Positions 1 through 9,248 of a stretch of DNA of 64,000 nucleotides are shown here, piece by piece. This DNA is from a virus. Within the stretch, counting starts at the first letter, position 1. Every line of letters begins with the position of its first letter. The notes beneath the pieces were generated by a model. That model did no database searches, was not told the origin of the DNA, and saw only the letters and a program-made list of their open reading frames with translations. The position numbers were made by a program, and so were the translations under genes. Where the stretch lies: the IMG/VR virus record IMGVR_UViG_3300035698_006513. One strand, given 5' to 3'.

Positions 1-1
1 T

Positions 2-913
2 ACACGAGGGTTGCGTAAAGGGGATATGGTTGGAATATACGGACGACCTAAAAGCATGAAGTCTCATATAAAAATACTTCAAGCTGCGTACGCATATTCT
101 AGGGGATGGCGAGTTTTGTGGTGCAACACGGGAGATATGGACAAAGTCCAAGTAGAACGACGTGTGGCACTTGCTCTGATGCAGTGGGACTATGGAGCAG
201 TAATGTCTAATCCTACGTTAGAGCACATACAGTTATTAGAGGATGAGCTTAATTCTCTAAAAGAAACAGAAGAGTTCGAGGCCGAAGCACTGAACCGAAC
301 ACGTACAAAGAACTTCGTCACAGTGGACGCGTTCACGCCATCGGAGCTGAGAGCAAAGATTGAAGAGATACGTCCAGACCTAGTACTGATCGATACTGCG
401 AACGAAATGATCGACGACCAAGGGTCGAAGAAAGATAACGTACGACAAGCGAACGTCGCGCGTGCCATACGCAAGATGAGTAGAGACGAAAGACTGGGTA
501 CTCCTGCCGTACTCTACTCTGTACATGCAAATCGCGAAGGCGAGACGGAGATTGCATATGGATACAACGAGATAGGGGGGTCAGATCAATGGGGTAAGAC
601 TTCAGATTTGCTTCTTAGAAATATCAGAATAAAGACTGATGAAGGTTGGGTCATAGCACTACTACCTCCGGCTGGAGGAGGTAGAGAAGTTGTGTGGGAC
701 GGTATGTTAATTGGTGCAGGTGCATATCACAACATGGGATATATACGCAATACAAACCGCGAGGATGTACTCGAGCTTATAAAACAAGCAAGAGGAGATT
801 CTGGCGGTGCAAGAGAACGTACTCCTGCCGCCCCTCGTGGAAATACAAGAACCAACACTCCTAATGCCCCAACATTGGCTAATGCGTCTTGGGTAAATCA
901 TACGGAGGAATAA
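2..913 (+). CDS. dnaB: DnaB/SF4-like replicative helicase, C-terminal part (5' truncated by window)
   Basis: Frame is open from position 2. Walker A-like GRPKSMKS, Walker B LVLID, HANR and IGGSDQWGKTSD motifs of SF4 helicases; directly upstream of primase. Confidence 0.8.
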   Translation, partial: TRGLRKGDMVGIYGRPKSMKSHIKILQAAYAYSRGWRVLWCNTGDMDKVQVERRVALALMQWDYGAVMSNPTLEHIQLLEDELNSLKETEEFEAEALNRTRTKNFVTVDAFTPSELRAKIEEIRPDLVLIDTANEMIDDQGSKKDNVRQANVARAIRKMSRDERLGTPAVLYSVHANREGETEIAYGYNEIGGSDQWGKTSDLLLRNIRIKTDEGWVIALLPPAGGGREVVWDGMLIGAGAYHNMGYIRNTNREDVLELIKQARGDSGGARERTPAAPRGNTRTNTPNAPTLANASWVNHTEE

Positions 914-3055
914 ATGGATATTCTGCGTATGATGCGTACGTACCTAGCTGTACGCGGAGAAGTATCCTCCGGAGGATGGCAAAGTGCGTTATGCCCATTC
1001 CACAGTGACAATGCGTCTAGCTTCGGTATTCATGTGGAAACTGGAGTAGCCAACTGCTTCGTCTGTGGGTCATTTACATTAAAAGTAGTAATGGAGAGAG
1101 CCGGTGTACCATTAGGTATCCGCGCCGAAGTACTCCAGCGACTGACGGGCAGAACTTCTGAAGACCTGGGTCAAGAGCTTGTCATCCCAGAACTACCTGA
1201 GAGCGACCCAATACTGAATGAGCTGCTTCTTAGCCGTATGTTCCCCATAAACCCAGAAGCAGTAGGTACAGGATTTACACAAGAAGTGGTGTCTAGGTAT
1301 GGCGTGTTGCTAGACCCTCTGAACGGTAGAACCGTGTGGCCGATAAGAGATAGGTTTGGGAGATTACGCGCCTTGTCTGGAAGAGACCCTAACCCAGACG
1401 CAAAACCTAAATACAAAGTGTATAAAAAAGAACTGCAAAACATCCACCCAGGATATGACCCGAGTAATCGCAATTACTTGTTTGGTATGGAGTTTGTGTA
1501 CCCGAAGATAGTAGCCGGAAAACCTGTGACGCTGTGCATAGTAGAAGGTTATAAAGCGGCGGCATGGTTATATATGGCCGGATTCCCTGATGTAGTTGCT
1601 CTTATGGGCAGCAAAATAAGCCCTAAGCAATTTACGTTACTATCCATTTTAGGGGGGATAGAAAAAGTAATATGGTTTCTGGACAATGATAGGGCAGGAC
1701 TCATAGGTACAGACAAGGGGTGCGCGTTATCTATACGCAGATTCCCTACCTACGTGTTCCCCTACAAAGATGAGTATAGTCAGCCGGATGATATACCTCT
1801 TGATGAGGTAAAACAGGGCATGGAAGAACCATGGCCATTTCTCGAATGGAGTAACCGAATGAGACACAGAAGATCCCAATCTGCTAGCCTAGGAATGTAC
1901 GGAGCACCTCCCAAGAGACGCAGTAGTGGTATGGGCAGTTCTAACAGACTAGCGCTGCCGATCAAAGACGGACGGATAAAACGAGTGCGTTTCATCCCCG
2001 CAAAAGTAGAACAGAAACTGTGGGACAGATACGCCGAACGTGTCGTAGATGTCACCCATGATTATCTTTTGCGGAAGATTCACTGGTCTGCCTACGGCAT
2101 CAGTCCTGATAACGCAATATACAAGAACCTCAGATGGAAGGGGCCAATCGACTGTACCGCAGGACCCGACCTCAATGATCCACAGCCATGCGTCGGATGC
2201 TACCTCAACAATGAATCCTTTATCAACAGCCAAGGCAAACAAGACCGCCAAGCCTCAATGGTAGACATGGCTGGTTTCAGTTTGGTGGAATTAACCTTCT
2301 TCCATGCTGTACCCAAAACCAGTGATGCAGGCGTATCTTATATGTCATGGGAACCTTGTACAAAAGACGAGCGTACAGGTAGAGGGTCCTGTGTACATTG
2401 TGAGAATAACCTTGACCGTGTATGGGGTTCTCGTAAGTTCACCGAGATTACTCCCGCTCTATACCGACAATTGTTCGCGTTCAACGACCTTATCGCAAGC
2501 AAGGGTATCTGCGGGTGCACCATTTACTCTAACAGTTTCCACTGCGAGTCCTGTGACCATATGCTCGTGGACTTAGAAGATTCCAATATGGATGACATGG
2601 CTGCGGCTGAGTACAGAAAAGACCCAAAACTTTGCCCTGAGTGTAACCACTACGGTCCCATTACGGAATCCATTGCCTGTGATTCCTTCACAGAGCAGGG
2701 TGAAGAGATTCACGATTGTGCTGGAGTTGAGTGCCGTTCCATCTGGAACACTGATATTGAAATCAGTAGCGTCAGAGAAGGTACAGGTGACAACACAAAG
2801 TGGAAGACCACCTTCGCTGCAGGTAAATCTGGACCCCTACCGTACGCTCCTCCATCCGTGGAGAACTGGGTTGACTTGTGGGAGAAACTCAAAGAGCCCT
2901 TCGACATGCAGTCGATGGTTCGACACTTGTCCGTCACAGAACAAATGAGACATGTGGGTCTCGAGTTCAACCCATTCATGGTTGACCCCGCAGATGAGCC
3001 CTCACCAAACGCACCAACAATAACTACACCCAACTCAGTCGACTGGAACGGATAA
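914..3055 (+). CDS. dnaG: DnaG-type primase (CHC2 Zn finger + TOPRIM) fused in frame to a T4 gp32-like, Cys-rich ssDNA-binding domain
   Basis: CPFH..CFVC zinc finger, VEGY and FLDND TOPRIM motifs in aa 1-315. After Met316: VRFIP, H..C..PCVGC pattern like gp32, and a Pro-rich acidic tail. Confidence 0.8.
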   Translation: MDILRMMRTYLAVRGEVSSGGWQSALCPFHSDNASSFGIHVETGVANCFVCGSFTLKVVMERAGVPLGIRAEVLQRLTGRTSEDLGQELVIPELPESDPILNELLLSRMFPINPEAVGTGFTQEVVSRYGVLLDPLNGRTVWPIRDRFGRLRALSGRDPNPDAKPKYKVYKKELQNIHPGYDPSNRNYLFGMEFVYPKIVAGKPVTLCIVEGYKAAAWLYMAGFPDVVALMGSKISPKQFTLLSILGGIEKVIWFLDNDRAGLIGTDKGCALSIRRFPTYVFPYKDEYSQPDDIPLDEVKQGMEEPWPFLEWSNRMRHRRSQSASLGMYGAPPKRRSSGMGSSNRLALPIKDGRIKRVRFIPAKVEQKLWDRYAERVVDVTHDYLLRKIHWSAYGISPDNAIYKNLRWKGPIDCTAGPDLNDPQPCVGCYLNNESFINSQGKQDRQASMVDMAGFSLVELTFFHAVPKTSDAGVSYMSWEPCTKDERTGRGSCVHCENNLDRVWGSRKFTEITPALYRQLFAFNDLIASKGICGCTIYSNSFHCESCDHMLVDLEDSNMDDMAAAEYRKDPKLCPECNHYGPITESIACDSFTEQGEEIHDCAGVECRSIWNTDIEISSVREGTGDNTKWKTTFAAGKSGPLPYAPPSVENWVDLWEKLKEPFDMQSMVRHLSVTEQMRHVGLEFNPFMVDPADEPSPNAPTITTPNSVDWNG

Positions 3056-3059
3056 TCCC

Positions 3060-4568
3060 ATGAGGCTACTCCCTCAATACGAAATTGTACAAACAGAGGG
3101 AGAGGCTCAGAGGTTATTATCTCGCATAATGCTGCAACCCGAGGTCTCTGTTGATACAGAGACTGAGGGAGATAAGAAGGCAGACCGCTTAAATCGTTGG
3201 AAATCAACGGTTAATTGTTGGTCTGTCTCCTTTAAAGATGTAGCCTGTGCAGGTGGAGCAAATCGTATAGCAATACCTTATGATTTGCTTTTTATGTTTG
3301 AGCCCTTCTTTCAAGCAGAACACATAGACAAGATCTTCCATAATGCGCCGTTCGACTTGTGTATGCTGCATAATTCAGGAATACGTAATGTTAAAGGTAG
3401 GATCATCTGCACAGCAGCATTAGATGCTGTCATAGATGAGAACCGTTTTGGGGCACATGGGCTTAAGGAATGTTCGTGGGACTACTTGCAACTCATCATG
3501 CGTACCTTTGAGGACACGTTTGGTAAAATACCCCTTAACGAGTTTACAATAGTAGAGAAAGCGGATTACGCAACAGAAGATGCATGGGCTACACTGCTAC
3601 TATATTGGAAACTTCGGGATCTTGCTGAGGGTGAAGAGTTAGGTGAGCAGCATGGAGAGACGTATTCCCTTTGGAATATGTACGAAGACCACATCATACC
3701 ATTCAATCGCACTATTACTAATATGTGCATCCGCGGGTGGAGACTAGATAGAGAATACCTATCTAGACTGGGACCTGCAATCCAAAATGACATAGAGCAG
3801 ATAGACTTTGTGTTTAATAGGTATGCAGCCATACACGCCGCACATCAAGGTATCGCGTTACACGAATTAGAGTGGGAACGTGGCGTTAAACACAAAAGAA
3901 TGCGTCCCGTATTCCCAGACGGAATAATAAATCCCGGATCTAATAAACAACTCGCGTATTTCTTTGTGGAAGTTCTAGGTCTTCCTATCATCAAGATGAC
4001 TGAAGGGGGGCAGTCAGGTGTACCAGACATCTCTATGGATGACTCTGTGCTCAAAGAGTATGTCAAATCACATGACTGCAACTTCGCGTCATTAGTACTG
4101 CAACGTAGAAGCCTAAACAAAAGTCTAGGCACATATGTACGTGGTCTCCAGAAATGGATGGATACGCGAAACAAGATACATGCGTCATTAAGAGTTATGG
4201 GTGCGCGTACAGGTAGACTATCCTGCTCTGATCCCAACCTTCAAAATATACCTAGGCCGGACGGGGATATATACGGTCTACGATCTGCATTTATTGCAGA
4301 TCGAGGACACGTACTCATCGTTGCTGACTACTCTACACTAGAGATGCGTATTGCTGCATCTATGTCTAAATGCCCTGACCTCATTGAGGCAATTAACTCG
4401 GGCTTAGACCTACACTGCCAAACAGCAGCGAATATGTTTGGTATACCTTACGACGACCTCTACTACGCCAAGGAAAATATCCATAACATGGAACTTAGCC
4501 TAGCAGAGCGACTCACACTGGCTCCTTTAGTAGCACAGCGTGGTGCAGCTAAAGCTATTGGATTCGGT
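3060..4568 (+). CDS. polA: Family A DNA polymerase, exon 1 (3'-5' exonuclease, motif A, first half of motif B)
   Basis: ExoI DTET, ExoII HNAPFD, ExoIII YATEDA, TGRLSCSDPNLQNIP, motif A ADYSTLEMR; motif B RGAAKAIGFG breaks at 4568. Confidence 0.93.
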
Positions 4569-5324
4569 TTGACCGGAACTGATTCATTTGGTATTGTGTC
4601 TCTATAAGGAGACAACTATGAAAACTATACAAGTTACTTGTGAGCACTGTGGAGTACATTTTACATATGAGCGTGTACGTATCGACGGAGGTAGGTACCG
4701 GAAGACATGCGACGTGTGTAGAAAAGATAACCGCCGTATAAAACAGCGATCTGCGGATATGAAATTCCGTGAAAATAGAGGTCATGTTGTTGGGTGCGGT
4801 TCTGGTGGTAATCAGTGGGGTGATCACAACCATTCATGGAAGGGTGGTTGTGTACGAGTATGGAGACAGCTGTGTTTCGAGGCACACGGAGCTGTATGTG
4901 CACATTGTGGGTTCACACCACAATCACGTGAAACATGGCACCTACTCGTAGCTCACCATATTAACGAAGACCGTACTGATAATAGAACGGAAAACTTGCG
5001 CGCAGTGTGCAAGAAATGCCATCAGAATATTGAACATCTACAGGTGCGCAATACCAAAGGTCAGTATGATGGCCGAAATAAAACTGCGGAATAAAGCGGG
5101 GACGTCCTAAAAGCAGGATAACCCGAACCGAAGACTAGGAGTAATATTCTAGTCAGGGGCAACGACTAGGTGACGAAACTATCTTAGATAGAATGTAATT
5201 CACCCACGAGGCCGCGGCACCGAGATACTTAGGTATGGTGGTGAAAAGATAGTCTGGACTGTGCATATAGCTTAATAAGAAAGCACAGAAGTATTGGATA
5301 AAGAGCCAGTACGGTAACAAAGCG
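4569..5324 (+). mobile_element. Group I self-splicing intron (756 nt) in polA
   Basis: Exon ends in U and intron ends in G; removal restores KAIGFGILYG. IGS GCCGAA 5072-5077, P3 CTGCGG 5084-5089/CCGCGG 5212-5217, P4 CGGG/CCCG, P6a GACTAG..CTAGTC, P7 GACTA 5164-5168/TAGTC 5250-5254, P9 CTGTGC/GCACAG. Confidence 0.9.
4618..5094 (+). CDS. Intron-encoded HNH homing endonuclease
   Basis: AAGGAG SD before ATG 4618. N-terminal CEHC..CDVC zinc ribbon, NHSWKGG motif, CAHC..HHINEDRTDNRTENL..CKKCH HNH core. Confidence 0.9.
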   Translation: MKTIQVTCEHCGVHFTYERVRIDGGRYRKTCDVCRKDNRRIKQRSADMKFRENRGHVVGCGSGGNQWGDHNHSWKGGCVRVWRQLCFEAHGAVCAHCGFTPQSRETWHLLVAHHINEDRTDNRTENLRAVCKKCHQNIEHLQVRNTKGQYDGRNKTAE

Positions 5325-5858
5325 ATTCTATACGGTAGAGGCCCTAGGTCTCTTGCAGAAATACTAGGTCTACAGGAAAAGCATGGGATTAGCGAAAGAG
5401 CTGCTATCCGCATGGCGCAAGACCTAATCAACCAATTTTACGCTGTGTACCCGAGACTACATGCGTATACACAAGAAGTGCTCTGGCAATGTCAGAGAGA
5501 TGAATACGTCCAGACCTGGCTACTTCGTAAACGCAGACTCATATCAATCAACTCTGAAGATGATGCAGCACGGTCTCAGGCAGAAAGACAAACTCTAAAC
5601 TCCATCATTCAAGGTACAGCTTCAGATGTAGCTATGGTGGCGATGAATATGGTCGAGTACGATCCTGTAATGAATGAGATCGGTGCCTCATTGCTGATGC
5701 AAATACACGATGAGCTAATCATACAAGTGCCAGAGCAGCATAGAGTCGTAGCAGAGGCGAGATTGCGATTCCTAATGGAGGAGCCATTTGTTGGGCATTT
5801 CGCAGTAGCATTATCCGTTACTAGCGATAGCGCACTCACATGGGCAGATGCAAAATGA
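5325..5858 (+). CDS. polA: Family A DNA polymerase, exon 2 (rest of motif B, motif C); spliced product 680 aa
   Basis: Reads ILYGRGPRSLAE..., in frame with ORF 5412..5858; AERQTLNSIIQGTASD and motif C QIHDEL. Confidence 0.92.
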   Translation: MLYGRGPRSLAEILGLQEKHGISERAAIRMAQDLINQFYAVYPRLHAYTQEVLWQCQRDEYVQTWLLRKRRLISINSEDDAARSQAERQTLNSIIQGTASDVAMVAMNMVEYDPVMNEIGASLLMQIHDELIIQVPEQHRVVAEARLRFLMEEPFVGHFAVALSVTSDSALTWADAK

Positions 5859-6301
5859 GAAAAGACTCAAAAGATGCTCAAAGAATTATCCACGCGTACA
5901 GAAAGGTACAAGGGGAACTTGGTGACCCCGATTACCGAGATGACCATGCGATTCTTTCTGTACGTATGTGGCTGGAGGTGTTAGCGGAGGAGTTCGCAAC
6001 TGCAGGTAAAATTGTCATCCCTGAAATAGGGACGTTAATCTGTGAGCGTGTATCAAGCAAGAGACATTTATATGCGTTCAAACCTAGCAACAACATGCGC
6101 AAGCGCATACAGGAGCAGAGTATGTCGAAAGAAGATCAAGATAACCAAGGTATGACTAAACTTGGTGTGTACACAGGTGAACCAGGTGAAGACAAAACTG
6201 CATCTCCTCGAGGGCGATGTCGTAAGTGCGGGAAAGCATTAGTGTATCAACACGGCCAATACGTGTGCCCGGAACACGGAACCGAGGGGTCAGAGAGATG
6301 A
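5855..6301 (+). CDS. HU/IHF-like DNA-binding protein fused to a small Zn-ribbon module
   Basis: ATGA overlap with polA stop. GKIVIPEIGTL..AFKPSNNMRKRI resembles HU/IHF; C-terminal CRKC..CPEH. Confidence 0.55.
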   Translation: MRKDSKDAQRIIHAYRKVQGELGDPDYRDDHAILSVRMWLEVLAEEFATAGKIVIPEIGTLICERVSSKRHLYAFKPSNNMRKRIQEQSMSKEDQDNQGMTKLGVYTGEPGEDKTASPRGRCRKCGKALVYQHGQYVCPEHGTEGSER

Positions 6302-7464
6302 GTAAATTAGAACGCATACGCGAGATGCGTGCAGATATGGGAGAAACCTTACCTAACGTACGTATGACTTCGGCAAGAGATTCACACAATCCACTCATGA
6401 TTAGGTCCCCTGTGGGGATTGCATCAATAGACTTGGCTATAGGTGGTGGGCTGCCTCCCGGTCCTGTTGAGTTCTGTGGACCAGAGAACTCAGGAAAGAA
6501 TGTACTGTGTAATAGTGCTATGGCTATGAATCAGAGTCTGCACGGAGAAAACAGCGCCATCGCACTAATCAGCACAGAAGGTCCTTGGGATATGAATCTG
6601 TCTCGTAAAATGAAGGTGACCATGCCTTACTCCGAATCGGAGATCTGTGCACTGGAGAGCCAAGCTGGTTACGATTTCTCTGATTCAGTCAAAGGAGAGC
6701 TGCAGCAGGAGATGGGTATTGTCGAGTTGGTACGCGCATCTACCGCGGAAGAAATACTAGAGTCTGTGATTAAACTCATCGAAATAGACGAGTTCCAAAT
6801 TATAGTGTTGGACTCTATTGCTGGGCTGCTCACGCATGAGGAAGGTACTCACGCATTGGTAGAGCGTAAAATGCTTTCTATGGAAATACCTCGAGTGATG
6901 GCCAGATTCTTCCGTAGAGCAAATGAAGCCTGGCTGAACGAGCCTCACGGAAGACCAAACCTCACAACACTGATATTTACTAATCAGCTGATGGCTAGAG
7001 TCGGGGGGTTTAGTAACCCCAACTTACCACCGCCTACCCAAACCAAAGGTGGATGGGCTACTAAACACTCGAAGCTGCTTAGCATATCCCTGAAACGAGG
7101 TACCTGGATTAACACAGGGCGGACCAAAATCGGTCACGAAATAAAATGGCAGATTGTTAAAGGCAAAGCAGGCTGTGCGGATGGGGCGGCAGGAGCGTTA
7201 CAGTTCCATACCACCGAGGACAACTTCGGGGTAGATGTGAAAATGGACACGCTGACCGCAGCCCAAACCTGTGGGATAGTTATCCGCAGAGGTGCTTACT
7301 ACGACATACCGTGTGCAGGAATAGAAAACAAGCGTGGAAAAGATTCTGCACTACGCGCACTAGAGCAGTGGGATCCTAATTGGGAAATAAAACTTCAACC
7401 TGAAATAATAAGAGCGAGCGGCCTTCATGTCTACTCAACCTGGTCAGAGGTCCAAGATAGCTAG
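6298..7464 (+). CDS. recA: RecA/UvsX-like recombinase
   Basis: SIDLAIGGGLP, Walker A GPENSGKN, Walker B IIVLDSIA, LIFTNQ, GGWATKH, IVKGK; start at ATGA overlap 6298. Confidence 0.88.
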   Translation: MSKLERIREMRADMGETLPNVRMTSARDSHNPLMIRSPVGIASIDLAIGGGLPPGPVEFCGPENSGKNVLCNSAMAMNQSLHGENSAIALISTEGPWDMNLSRKMKVTMPYSESEICALESQAGYDFSDSVKGELQQEMGIVELVRASTAEEILESVIKLIEIDEFQIIVLDSIAGLLTHEEGTHALVERKMLSMEIPRVMARFFRRANEAWLNEPHGRPNLTTLIFTNQLMARVGGFSNPNLPPPTQTKGGWATKHSKLLSISLKRGTWINTGRTKIGHEIKWQIVKGKAGCADGAAGALQFHTTEDNFGVDVKMDTLTAAQTCGIVIRRGAYYDIPCAGIENKRGKDSALRALEQWDPNWEIKLQPEIIRASGLHVYSTWSEVQDS

Positions 7465-8665
7465 ACGTCAGGCATTTGACACGGTTGCGCGACTAGGTGG
7501 AGTTGTGCAGCCGGGGTCGGGGAATCAGTGGCATTCCCGAGGTGACGTAAGAATTGAAGATTACATGCTGGTAGAGAACAAGTTTACCGATAACCAGCAC
7601 ATTGTATTAAAGGAGGAGGTGGTACTGAAGATTATGGATGAGTCCTTCGGTTCAGGGAAGGACCACTGGGCGGTGGATTTATGGATACGACCTTTGCAGT
7701 GGAGAGTGGTGGCTGTGTGTTCACATTTTGTGAGTAGAGCTGTGGATGGCGGGTATACACTCCCCTCCGATATACCCCACATGCATATACAAAGGAAACA
7801 AGTCACACTTCGCCCACGCTCACACACAGAGAGCCCATTTATTCACATCACTACAAACTGGGGACAGGACTTAGAGTTTTACCTAGTGAGTATGAAGTAC
7901 ATGGAGAAGATGATGGTAGCAGTTAGAGACCCGGAACTCAGACAACATCTAGGTCAAGCAAAATTACTTTACCGATTCTACGGAGAAGACCTCTCTCGCA
8001 AACCTCGCGAGAGAGCTATCGGAGTTATAGGCGGATCTGACTTAGGGAGCTGCAAACGCAAAACATGGTATCGCCTTACAGGGAATGAGCCTCGATCTCT
8101 GTTCTCTGCGGATACGCAGGTCATATTCCGTATTGGACACGCTGTGCACAAATTCATACAGGATGATTTTACATTCCTGTATGGACCACGTGTGTTTACC
8201 CCAGAAGTAATGACTCGAAGAGATGAGTACTGTTTCCAGGGCGCGTTAGACGGTACGTTTAACTTAGACGGCATAGGTGAGTACTCCCCAGAGGAGTGGG
8301 TAGGTGACGCTACGCTGATAGGACTAGAGCATATGCATATGGCTATTGCCGACGGAGCTAAACTGCTGCTGGAAATAAAGTCATGCTCCACTATACCAAA
8401 CACACCTAATCCAAAACACCTGCTACAGGCCATTGGGTATGGTATGTCCGCAGGTATGACTGACATATGTTTCCTCTACGTACATAAATCTAGCGGACAG
8501 ATCGTAGACTTCGTACGAAAAGTAGACAACCCGTCCGTGCAGCGTACTGTTAACACAGAATTAGCATATATCGTAGGGAAAGCAAATGACGGAACGCCAC
8601 CTCCAAGAGAGCAGACAAGAAACTGCAGAGACTGCGAATACCGATGGGTATGCCAGCCAGAGTAG
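7427..8665 (+). CDS. PD-(D/E)xK resolvase-like domain fused to a Cas4/RecB-like exonuclease
   Basis: N-terminal QPGSG..RGDV..LVENK. C-terminal GSCKRKTWY, GHAVH, LDG, LEIKS, QAIGY, CRDCEYRWVC (1+3 Cys pattern of Cas4-type Fe-S nucleases). Confidence 0.75.
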   Translation: MSTQPGQRSKIARRQAFDTVARLGGVVQPGSGNQWHSRGDVRIEDYMLVENKFTDNQHIVLKEEVVLKIMDESFGSGKDHWAVDLWIRPLQWRVVAVCSHFVSRAVDGGYTLPSDIPHMHIQRKQVTLRPRSHTESPFIHITTNWGQDLEFYLVSMKYMEKMMVAVRDPELRQHLGQAKLLYRFYGEDLSRKPRERAIGVIGGSDLGSCKRKTWYRLTGNEPRSLFSADTQVIFRIGHAVHKFIQDDFTFLYGPRVFTPEVMTRRDEYCFQGALDGTFNLDGIGEYSPEEWVGDATLIGLEHMHMAIADGAKLLLEIKSCSTIPNTPNPKHLLQAIGYGMSAGMTDICFLYVHKSSGQIVDFVRKVDNPSVQRTVNTELAYIVGKANDGTPPPREQTRNCRDCEYRWVCQPE

Positions 8666-9248
8666 CGAGGGCATAGAAAGTGGATTCTTTGGTGCGACTG
8701 TAGCAAGAGTGCATAGTCGATTAGCCGACGACGTAGGATTCTTTGCGCGTATGAATAACTCATACCCCGTACCTGAGAACCCTGGAACACCAGCACTACC
8801 TCCTCCACATCAGCTCCTATCTATGGACCACAGGGTAATACTCGAAAAGGAGATTGAGTACAGTAGGTACCTACGTCACCTATACTCTGTTGTAGCCAGG
8901 CTAAAATCTGACCACAACAACATAAGTGATCGTATGGAAGCAATCATATACGCTGTACGCAAAGATTACCGTGATACGTCTACTAGAGACGACTTGAAAG
9001 AGAAGGTAGAGACTGACTCCCGCGTACTAGATGCAAGACACGCCCTACATGAAATAAAGCGAGAGATGGGTATTGTGGAAGGTGAGATTAAAGGTTCAGA
9101 GCGGGATTATGATACCCTACGCGAATTGTCATTCGTATTCGGTAGAGTTGGTAATTCTGCTCCAGGCCAATCAACCCCGCCACAGTCCGCACACAAACCT
9201 ATGCCTAGTTCCAGCGGCAACCGCAGACCTGCAAGGAGAGGTGGATGA
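8586..9248 (+). CDS. Helical/coiled-coil protein, possibly UvsY-like recombination mediator
   Basis: Amphipathic helical core; lies between RecA/nuclease and RusA; start uncertain. Confidence 0.4.
   Translation: MTERHLQESRQETAETANTDGYASQSSEGIESGFFGATVARVHSRLADDVGFFARMNNSYPVPENPGTPALPPPHQLLSMDHRVILEKEIEYSRYLRHLYSVVARLKSDHNNISDRMEAIIYAVRKDYRDTSTRDDLKEKVETDSRVLDARHALHEIKREMGIVEGEIKGSERDYDTLRELSFVFGRVGNSAPGQSTPPQSAHKPMPSSSGNRRPARRGG

Noticed and set aside
4569-5324. polA as a pseudogene, intein host or group II intron host
   Set aside because: The insert has stops in the polymerase frame (not an intein), lacks GUGYG/AY ends and an RT, and shows a group I core whose removal restores the frame.
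914-8665. Alternative genetic code as the cause of the fused ORFs
   Set aside because: No distinctive codon is shared at the junctions; TAA, TAG and TGA all end genes and ORFs are full length in the standard code.
7427-8665. CRISPR-Cas locus suggested by the Cas4-like domain
   Set aside because: No repeat-spacer array or other cas genes seen in the window.
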